From Raillietiella orientalis (taxonomy: Eukaryota), in contig JAYWIR010000005.1 of assembly GCA_036172245.1 (NCBI GenBank), forward strand, positions 5,394,001 through 5,458,000: 64,000 nucleotides of DNA, read 5' to 3'. Position numbers and translations under genes: made by a program. The notes beneath the pieces are model-generated. The model searched no databases and was not told where the DNA came from. It worked only from the letters and a program-made list of their open reading frames with translations. Of this stretch, positions 38,601 through 48,412 are shown one piece after another (within the stretch, counting starts at the first letter, position 1; each line of letters opens with the position of its first letter).

Positions 38601-41149
38601 AGCCGGATACATCGGCGCCCCAAACCACTGATCTACTCTTCCCATTGGTGGCTTCGCCACCTGAAACTTCCTCCCTCTTTCCCACTGCCCTCGTGAGCGG
38701 CCTGGTCTTGTCTTTATTCCCTCTCGGAAGCGGTTCCAGGAACGGTGAGGCGTAGGGCATAACCCTCCACCCCAAGGGAGCATCCTAGATCGAGAAACAA
38801 ACGGGCGTGGCAGGGGAGCAGATCCATTCCTGTTAGATGAGGCATTCGCCCACTCAGCAGTTCGGCTGCACGGGGCGAGGAGCAGGGTTCTCGGAGGAAG
38901 GTGCAGAGAGTGGATGAGAGCAGCCCAGAAGGTGTTGTGGGTGGGGGAGGATACGTCGCCGCAGTCCAGTTCCTCTGCGCGATCGATGCGCCTGGGCAAC
39001 GCCTTTTCCAACTGGAGGCAGTACCTTTTCGAGACGTCTGGACTCAGCCCTGATTTTCTCTGCACCGTGGAGACCTCCGTCAGACCGGTGTCGGTTGGCT
39101 GCTGCCGCTGCCTCCCCTTCCTCGCAGCTACTGAATTTCCACGGTGCCCACGCCTTCGAGGAACACGGGTGGGTCACCAACTCAATGGTTCCTCCTGGGC
39201 AGGTTCTTCCGAGGTTTCTCCGGAATCCGAAAGGGCCATGGCTCTCCCCCTGCCCCTCCCGAAAGAAGAGCACGAGGCGCGAGGCCTTCCAGAGAATCTC
39301 GCGCAGTTCGATGACTGTGCGTCCCCGCCATGGACGAGTCGAGAGCATTCCGAGTGCGCGGGGATCCCCTCGGGAGCAAAGGTAGGGTTCCGCAGCGCAA
39401 AACGCGAGCGGAAGCCTTGCGGGAACGCGAGAGGGAACCACCCACAGGAACCCCGAAGGCTCCACACGGCAGTGCTTAGGCTCACAAAACCAGCAGCAGC
39501 CCCCTCCGGCAGCTGCTCTACACCTCCGTCTGCTGAGCAGCCTCGGGTGACCTCCCTTCAAAGTCGGGCAGGCCATTCTACAGATGCCCAGCTGGTGGGG
39601 AAGTTGGCAAAGTGCCAGGGGAACGGAAGATCCGTGGGCGATCGGCAGAGGCGCCGTCGCAAAGGAAACGGCGCTCTAGAGAGCGAGCTCCACCAGGGAA
39701 ACCGTCGGGAAGTGCAGGTCGGAATATAGGAACGGATGCTCGTGGGGCCCGCAGCCTTGTCTGGAGGATGAATAGGAGACGAGGCTCAGGAAGCGAGGGC
39801 GCGGTCGTGGTTGTGCCTCCTCTCCTCCCTCCCCCGGCGCATCACTTGTCAAGACAAACACGGGTGAAATCCTGTGGTCACTGTGGATTCTCCGGCAGAT
39901 GGTGAGTGGGACAGCCGACATCTCCCGAAGGAGAAAGCGCTCCTTCGTTTCCGGAGTGCCTCTCACTCTGCCACTCTTCGAATGACCGACCGGAATGCGG
40001 TTAGCAAGTGGGGCAGGGAGCTCCCTTCGCACTCCGGAGGCCCAAGGGGCCGGGAGCGAATCTGATGCTGCGGGGCCAATTCCGGTAGCAGGAACCACTT
40101 CCTGCCATTCGGATTTCTTCGCGGGAACGCCTTTGTGCGCGTGCTCGAGAACCCTGCAAAAACACGTCCTTCCGCTATCGGCAGCCTCGGTGCGCCCATG
40201 CGCATGCAGTCACGCCCCCTTGGTTGCATTTTCGTGACGTCATCCTCAGGGTCGGCCGCTTCGCAGCGCTTTTTCGCAAGTACCGGCTGTTCTGGTTGTT
40301 TAGCCGGTTCCCGTCTCCTTCTCAATCTCGTCTCGGGAATAAAAACAAAACGAAAACAAAATGGAGACTCTAGGAGATAAACAGGACGAAGCACAAATGG
40401 AGGCTCTTCCGAGGAGTAGGAAGGAGTGAGGGATCGTACCAGGGTGCGCCGTTTGAAGAAGAAGAAGAAAAAAAAAGGCCATCTATCCCGTCGCCGGAAT
40501 CCACTATGTCCCTATTCCGTTCATCGATAGCTCTGAGGCTTTTCCTGCTGGAGTGCCGACCGGAACGCTCGAACAGAAAGAACCGGGAAAGCCACTTGCT
40601 CGACGGAGCGGAAATCTTCTCCAGCCTCCTCCATGGTCACGGCCGTGCCAGCAAAGGAGGGATGGCGCAGCGCGGTTCCCTCCCTCGCCTCCCTCCTTCC
40701 GGGCGCATCCGAGCGGGAAGATTCCGTCGGAGCCCATCTCTGGAGCCTCTTTGTCTCACTGAAGGGCTGGAAGGTCTCCCGGATTCTGCCGGCCTTCCGT
40801 CCTCGCGGGAGGAAGCGCATCTCGCCTGAAGCGTTCCGTTAGGGTCATTCCCCTTCCGGGTGCACTCCCCTCCAGCTCTCTCGCTCTTTCTGGGACACTG
40901 GGAGCTGGTCCCTTCCGATCACCGGAAATCCGCCAAAGGCTGCCGCAGCAGCGCGAAACTCTTCCGGAGGCGGCCCGCTGGTCCCCTCCTTCCACCTTCT
41001 CTTTGGAGTCTACAGAATGTAGGACCTGGTTCCTGAACCCATCGGGTCTGCGATCCTCTCCGTGAGACCGTCGATCCGCTTCGGTCCGGGGGATGGTCAA
41101 GCAACGCCTTTCGCGTCGAAGGAGCAAAGTCCATCCTCCAGGAAAATCC

Positions 41150-41987
41150 CGCACCGCACCGGGCGGGTCCCTCGCCCCGCTCCATCTGGCGTCAGGCCGC
41201 CTAAAGCCTCTTTCGGGGAAAGCAGGAGGCAAAGTGTAGGGGGAGTGCCACTGTCTTTTCGGTGGCGATGGTGCCACCTGCAACTTGTGCCGGCTCCTTC
41301 TGGTTACCAGAGCACGGGGAGTGTCTCTTCCTGCGTTCATTCGTGACCTCGCGACCAGAACAGACCAGCCTCTCCTCCGCGACCTCGCAGCGATCGGATC
41401 CGGTCGCATGCACTCCTCCTCTGGCCTGACCTCCCACCGTCACTTCCGGCAGCTCTACCGCCGCCGACCCAGCTTCTCACAGGCCTCCCATCTCTCCCGC
41501 GACACTGATCAACCCGCCCTGAAAGACCGAGGAGGAGAGCAGTCGGAAGCAGAGCGCCTTACCCGGCTGCTTGGGCGGGAGGCATGGGATGGGAAGAGCT
41601 CCCAGCTCTTCCTCGGAGGACGAGCAATCTCTAGCCTCCGACCTTCTCAATGGGAACGCTCCAGTTGAGTAGGGGTGTCGATCTGGTCGCCTCTCCCGGA
41701 CCTGTCCTGCTGGGTCCTTCGGGGAGCGTACCGGGAGCGTGCGCCCCTGTTGCTACTGCGGCGACGGGGTGACGGAGCGCCCGTTCAGGGAGGTCGACCT
41801 GGAGACGGAGAAGCTCTAGGGAGCCTCCGCCTATTCCTAATCGCAAGCAGATGGCCCTGAACTGACCACTGCCATTCTGTCGAACCCTTCATGCCTCCGA
41901 AATGAAATTCACGAGAGGCAAGAATGGAATCGAGCGCGGGAACGCTCCGCAGCGGACGGCCACTCTTCTTCCATCCTTCCGTCGTCG
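41150..41987 (+). mobile_element. Element E: old LINE endonuclease remnant that appears to host the nested block
   Basis: Degenerate 'GSATVF / LQLVPAP' (cf. GVA.LF, NVYAP), 'SRGVDLV' (cf. SRID), 'TDHCH' (cf. SDH, ~41863) and 'RGK/WN' (cf. G.WKLN). Confidence 0.35.
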
Positions 41988-41992
41988 GTTGT

Positions 41993-43583
41993 TTATCACC
42001 CGGGTGCGCCGGAGCGTTTATTAAAAACTATCCGGGAACAGATTTCCTGGACAAAGGAAAAACAAGAGACGAAGGGGGTGAGATCCCCGACACGCAGGTC
42101 GGTATGCCGAAAGTCCGGAACGGGAGGGAGGGGACCACAAATACACTACTATAAAAAATAAAAATAAAAATATGGTGGGCAGGGGACAGGGGTCTTTGGT
42201 TCGGCCGTTCCTTCCTTTCAGAACCGGCGATGGATGCCGGCGATCTCTCTCCTCACGCCCTCTGGTAGATGGGCCCACTCGGCAGCCGACGACATGCTTG
42301 CGCCGGCTAATCCGGTAGGCTGACGAAGGATGGCCAGCTTCTCCAACTCTCGGTGGGCCTTGTCGATGGCGCGGGTGCAACACACGGTTGCAACGACAGC
42401 ACCCAAAGACAGGCCGCCTGGCGTGAAGAAGCGGCGCATCCAGTCTCTCGCGGTGTCCCCCTGGTGCAGGAGAGCTGAGGTCAGCCTCCGCCACAGTTCT
42501 AGGAGGGCACCGCAGTCCAAGAGCAGGTGCGGGAGCGTTTCCACTTCCCCGCACCGCTTACACTTTGGGGAGACAACTCCCCCGGAAACACGGTTCGTCC
42601 GCTGGTTGGAGTGAAAACCCCAATGCACCAGCATGATGACGTCCTGCTTCCACGAAAGGGGGAACACAGAAGTGTTCAAACAGGAGGGAGGGACCACAAG
42701 TTCTTCGGGGGCCACACTTAAGTGTTCACTCCACCGAAGGAGTCCCTTCGAGATGTGGCGAGGCGTGGCGGCATCTGCCAGCTCGCAAGTCCTCCAGCCG
42801 CCAATAGGTCGTGTTGTTCCTGCGATGGTGCGGGCGACCTCCCATCTCGCTGGCTCGCAGCTGTCATCTTTTGCCCTGAGGGCTGACAGCGCATCGGCGA
42901 GGGGCGTGACGGCCAGGCGAGTCCACTTCTGGCTGTTGCACACCTCGTCCACCGTGCAATACGGGGACAAATGAGGCAACGAAGTTCCAGGAGGGAAACA
43001 TCCTGGTGCTTTGCCCAGCCATGCAACGGTTCCTGCCTCCAGGCTTCAAAGTTCGTTGGGCGGCAGGAGATCCATGCGTGGGCTGCCAGGAGCCGGTAGA
43101 GAGGTTTCAAGGGGAAACCGAAGCTATTCGTGGAGCGCTCCGTGTGTGGCCGGAGCGACAGAAGTCCATCGCAGCCGGTGCAGCGCCGCAGGAGCAGGCG
43201 CGCGGGAGCGCACCACGGAGTGGACCAAAGGTTGGCGCACAGGGCCAACATTCGAAGCTGCACCTGCAGCTCGATTCTCTCCAGCGTCAGGATGCCTAAG
43301 CCGGCATCCCGATGCAGAGCCGCCAAGTCTTTGAGGCGGATCCTGGACCTCGCAGGTCCCCACAGAGCGTTCCTCAACAGACTGTGCGCCTGGAGCTTGG
43401 CCGAGTGGGGGGGAGGGCAAACAAAAAGCAGGGGGCGCAAGAGGGGGGCAATTAAGGTGTTCCATATCGCGGCCCGCTCCGGCAGGAGGAACCTGCCATG
43501 GTGGAACGGGCTCAGAGCACTCGTAGCCTTCCGAAGGCAGTCCGACCACACTTCCACTGGGCTGATGCTCCCCAGCGGAACGC
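41993..43583 (-). mobile_element. Element C: 5'-truncated L1/Tx1-clade LINE with 14-bp TSD
   Basis: TSD CCGTCGTCGGTTGT at 41979-41992 and 43584-43597. Reads from 'GVPLG' through 'DAGLGIL' to 'CKRCGEVETLPHLLLDC' with one frameshift (~42980). 3' UTR, AATAAA (42017-42022) and terminal hairpin (41997-42016). Confidence 0.93.
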
Positions 43584-43597
43584 CCGTCGTCGGTTGT

Positions 43598-44125
43598 ATT
43601 GGCAATGTGGCGCTCGCAACACCTGTGGCGTCGCGTTTTTTGTGAAGCCAGCAGTCGACGCCGTCGTCAAGGGCGTACGCTTCGACAAGGACGGTCGGGT
43701 TGGCCAGCTGATCCTCAGGTGGTCCGACTCGATCGACCTTGTCGTGACGAACGTGTACGCTCCTAGCGGCGGATGCGGGTACGGGGAACATTCCCGGTTC
43801 CTCGAAACCCTGAAGCGCGACTGGCTGGCTGATACAAACGTACGCAAGGCACACCTGATCGGTGGGAATTTCAACATCCGTCTGCTATCAGGTGTGCCTT
43901 GCAGGCAAAAAGACGGCCAACGAGTTGTGAGCGGAGATGCGGGCGCGCAACTTGTTGGAAGACCTCCCGGAAATGGTCCCAAGCGTCGACCAGGTTTTCC
44001 TTGACGCCGACCTGTGTCCACGGGTCGGCAGACGAGGGAAACTTCCATCGACGCTATCCGACTATTTCCGGTTGATTTTCGAGGTTAGCCTCGTGACAAA
44101 GGACCACCATCCAGGGCGTGGCGTC
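43598..44125 (+). mobile_element. Element B, 5' segment: APE endonuclease domain of an L1/Tx1-clade LINE
   Basis: 'CGVAFFV...DKDGR...NVYAP...LIGGNFN' and 'LSDYFRL..EV', ending 'HHPGRGV' at the element A TSD. Confidence 0.92.
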
Positions 44126-45465
44126 AGTTCTTCAGCATCTACTTCGAGCTGGTGCTGAAGGCATACAGAGAGACTCTGGCAACCTTGCCTAGCTCGTGTC
44201 CCGGTACGCCTGCCGTGTCGGCCTATGCCGACGACCTTCTGCTCCTACTACCCGGGACCACCCCGGCATCAGTGCTCGAAAAATTCTTTGAGCTGCTGCG
44301 CCGCGGGACAGGCCTGGAGGTAAACAGGAAGTCGTCGCTACTTGCAACGAACACGTCGTGGCGCGGATCGTCGGACTGGATCCGCTTGGGGATCCCCACG
44401 GGCGGGTACATCAAGTACCTTGGCGTCCCATCGGGGGACTTCTGCGCTGCAGAAGCCTGGTCCGACCGTCTCCAAAAGATGGAGTTGGCGATCGGTCCGT
44501 TCCGGGATGGCAAGTTTTACTTGCAGGAACAGACCACGGTGTGGAACGCTTTTGCGGCCCCTCTCCTTCGCCCCCTACTTTTTGTGTGCCCCGTCCCTCC
44601 CCAAATTAGGACACAGACAAGGGGCCTCATCAGAAAAGCCCTTTGGGGAAACTGGAGGTCCCGCGTCCGACTTAAAGACTTGTGCGCTCCACGCAGGGAC
44701 GGTGGACTTGGTCTCCTGACGTTGGAGCGCATGGAGCGTCAGCTCCAAATCAGGAAATTTGCCCTTGTGCCAAAATATTAGACAGCACCATGGTGTGCGC
44801 CCACACGACTCCTCGCCCACAGGGCAACCGGCTGCTACGGATTGACCTCAATCCTAGTAGCCAACGACCGTAGTCTGAACCATTGTGGGTTTCAACTACG
44901 GGACTTGGTTGCCCTGGTGAGGGACAACCCGTGGATCTCCTGCATACTGCATACTCCTATCTCCTGATCTCCCGCGGACCGGACTACCTGGCTACAGGAG
45001 TCCGTTTCCGCGTGGGCTAAAATCAACGGCTCCAGCGATGTGGACTTCTCCTGCCTCCGTCGAGGCAGGTACGCTGACCAGCCATTGCAGGAGATCGTTT
45101 CCAACTCACGGAAACTTCTGTGGCCTTTATTCACCCTCCTTGCCCCCGTGCTGCCCTCCATCAGGGATGCCAGGGACAGCCAAGAAGAGATATCGTGGGA
45201 AGTGTCCTGCCTCATCGAAGGCGGAAAAAAACTAATGAAGGCGTGGACGTCCCGGGAACTAGCGGACGCTACAACCCCGAGTGTCCCGCCTTCTGGACTT
45301 GTGCGCTGGGGCGAGCTGCTCGATATGCCTCCGGAGGAGGTGAATTGGCCCCCAGAGTCTTGTGACAACCGCACCCTCCCCCTACAGTGGCAGGAGACGG
45401 CGTTGCTTCTGCTCCATTGGGGACTTTTAAGCAGATCACGCCTGTCTCACTGAACCTCAGGGAGT
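44126..45465 (+). mobile_element. Element A, 5' segment: 5'-truncated LINE RT (YADD) and downstream ORF2
   Basis: 'FSIYFELVL...SAYADDLLL...GLEVNRKS...IKYLGVP...DGGLGLL'. 20-bp TSD ACCATCCAGGGYGTGGCGTC at 44106-44125 and 48393-48412. Confidence 0.93.
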
Positions 45466-47745
45466 TTTCACCCGGTCACGCCGGGGCGTTTATTAAAAAA
45501 AACACAGTACATCTGCGGTACTAGGCCCCGCTACGGCCCATATTTCATGGGACCTGCCAGGAAGCCGGTTCGCAGACCGGCTTGACTCTCCTCGGCAGCA
45601 AGGGGGGGGGGGGTAGGGGGTAAAACAAAAAGAAAAATAAATGAAATAACAAAAAGAAACTATTTGGGGGGCCGGGAAGGGATCACAACCCGCTGGAGGA
45701 AGAGACCATTCCTTCCAGGATGCCCTCGAGGTCCCTCGTCATAGCTCCCAGATGGGACCAGCCGATCGCGATTCGCAGGTAGCGACCCGCGTGTACGATG
45801 GGGTCCCTGTCGCTGCTTCCTCTGTTGGCTGCGCTCCACGAGGCCACAATCCCTCGGAGGCAGCAAAGCGCTGCCACGGTTGAGGCTGGTGGCAGGGTGT
45901 CTCGCACGAAGAGGAGTCTCACAACGTCTCTGCGGGTACTGCCGACCGGCATAGGGAGGGTCGTAGCAAAACGTTCCCACAAGGGCCGGAGGGCAGCGCA
46001 GTCCACTAACAGATGGGGGAGGGATTCTTCCTCCCCGCACACTGCACAGTTCTGTCCCACGTTCCCCAACGTCCAGTGGTGGCGGCGCGCATTGCAGGGA
46101 ATACCCCAGTGCAGCAGCAGCAGCGCCGTTTCCTGCCACTTGAGGGGGAGGGTGGATGAGTCTATGAACAACGGGGGCCACTCTAGGTCATCCGCCGGGA
46201 TGCCAAGCAGCTCGCCCCATCTCCGTATTCCATGCGGGTGAACGCTTGGGGTTGCGGCGTCTGCCAGTTCCCTCATGGTCCACCCGCTTAGATTCTTCTC
46301 CTTGCCCGCTATCCTGCAGGATACTTGCCATCTCGGCTTCCGAATATTTTGGAGCGCCCTCCGTAGGAAGGGCAGCGCCGTGGCTAGTGGGGTCGTCTCC
46401 GCCCAAGTGCTTCTGGCGGGACACTCGAGCATGTTCCGCAGCGTGCAGCGGGTGTAGATGCCGGGTCGCAGGCGGTTCCACGATTCACCACTTGACTGGT
46501 TTAACTTCTCCCACGTGCCAACTGTTTCTTCCAGCCATGCGCTGGAGTTGGCGGGGATGCAGGCCATCCAGCCGTTGTCCTTGGCCAGGGTGGCCATGCG
46601 TCCCAGGAGAAGTCCGCATCTTCTTATTTTCCGGCCGGGGCACAGAAGAAAAGACGCGAGTCCTTCAGTCCCGGACACACGTCTGGCGAGAAGGCGGGCT
46701 GGAACGCACCAAGGGGTGTTCCCCATTTTCGCCGCGATGGCTAGAGTACGCCACCGCAGCTGTGTTTCCATTCGCTCCATCTTCAGGACGCTAAGACCTA
46801 CGTCCCGACGTGGAGCGCAGAAATCCTTTAAAGGCACACGAGGCGTCCCGCTGCCCCACAGGGCGATGCGTAGGAGGTCCTTTGTTCTTTTTTTCAGTTC
46901 ACGGGGTACGGGGCAAACAAAAAGCAGAGGGCGAAGGAGGGGGGCCGCGAACGGGTTCCACACCGCGGCCCGTTCCGGCAAGTGAAGCTTGCCTTCCAGG
47001 AACGGGCCGATCGCTAACTCCACTTTTTGGAGACGACCTGACCACGCTTCTGACTGGCAGAAGTCCCCCAACGGAACGCCGAGGTACTTCAAGTACCTCT
47101 CCGTGGGGATCCCCAGGCGGATCCAATCAGGTCGTCCTGCCCACGTTGCACCAACCGCAACCAGCGACGACTTCGTCCTGCTCACCCGTAGTCCTGTCCC
47201 ACGGCTCAGCAAGTCGAAGAAATCTTCGACTGCCGAAGCCGCTGCGGACATGGGCAGCAGGAGCAAAAGATCGTCAGCATACGCCGACACGGCCGGCGTG
47301 CCGCGGCACGAGCTCTACAGGGCAGCCTATGTCGCTCTGTATGCTCTCAGCACCAGTTCGAAATAGGTGCTAAAGAGCAGGGGACTCAGGCTGTCGCCCT
47401 GCCGGATGCCGCGCCTCACCGGCACGCCGAACACGTGCTGTCCTCTGAAAAACAAGTTGATGATCGCATTGCGCCAGCAGGCGCGCAGGTAGGCCGTTAA
47501 GGTGTCCGGGAAGCCCATGCGATCCAGGAGCTCCGGAAGGAGTTCCTGGTCCACGCAATCGAACGCTTTGTGCAGATCGACTGCGATCGCTAGAGCCCCC
47601 TTCCCTTCCCGGTCGTCCCTTACTTGCCCCGCTGGCGCCCCCAAATCAGGTTTGTCGACATTCCGTTCTTTTTCCTTTTTTTCCTCGCGTTGCACATGGA
47701 ACCATGTGCTGGTGAAGAACAGGTTCGCTTCCATGCTTCGCCCTG
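45466..47745 (-). mobile_element. Element D: 5'-truncated L1/Tx1-clade LINE inserted antisense in A, with 7-bp TSD
   Basis: TSD AGGGAGT at 45459-45465 and 47746-47752. Motifs 'GRSMEAN', 'VDLHKAFDCV', 'GIRQGDSLSPLLF', 'YADD', 'KYLGVP', 'CAVCGEEESLPHLLVDC'. Open 535-aa frame at 45683-47290; stops at 47315 and 47327. AATAAA 45489-45494, hairpin 45469-45488. Confidence 0.95.
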
Positions 47746-47752
47746 AGGGAGT

Positions 47753-48392
47753 GTGGATGCCAATTGCACAGAGTGTGGGGAAAGGGAGACCTTCCCCCAC
47801 TTAATTATCGAGTGTGTTGCCCTTCTCTAGATGTGGGATCGACTCTCATCGATCCTGAACATTCCGGTTGGCGACCCAAAAAACATTTTTCGACGCCTCC
47901 TGATGCGGGACACCATGCCAGCCGCCGCGTGTGTCGCAGTTCTCTGTTGCATACGTGGAATTTTGGATAAGTGGACCGCAACAAGGAGAGGACGGTGAAA
48001 TCGGAATGCCATCCACTGGGCAGCCATCTCTTTGGAGAAGGCTTCCCGTTGGCGCCGACTTAGAAAACATTTGCCGGCACTTGTTCGCATCCAAACCCGG
48101 ATGCAGAGGTCTCCTCACTGCGTACCGTGATCCCTTCCCTTTCCTCCCCTCCCTAAGAATATTGTCCCCCCAGGCGTATTCTTTTTTGTGGGTTTTTTCT
48201 GTTTTTCCCGCCCTTTGCGCCAGCGGAGAGGACCTTATCGGCCTGAGGGTCGGTAAGGACAAGTGCCCCAAGACAGTCACAACATGTGTTCTGACTGAAA
48301 AACAAAAATAATGTTGACAAAGAAGACTTTATTATGGAATTTTACCATGTAAAAATTTTAATAATAAAAGCCCCGGCTCACCCGGGTGAAAA
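47753..48392 (+). mobile_element. Element A, 3' segment: zf-RVT, 3' UTR and terminal hairpin
   Basis: Removing D rejoins 'SRLSH*TSGS|VDANCTECGE..TFPHLIIEC', colinear with 'ARRHHWTLGNVGQNCAVCGE' in D. AATAAA 48363-48368, hairpin 48370-48388, AAAA. Confidence 0.92.
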
Positions 48393-48412
48393 ACCATCCA
48401 GGGTGTGGCGTC

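Noticed and set aside
42718..43854. 378-aa ORF as a single protein
   Set aside because: Chimeric: the N-terminal part is the antisense of B's endonuclease, fused at the C junction (43583).
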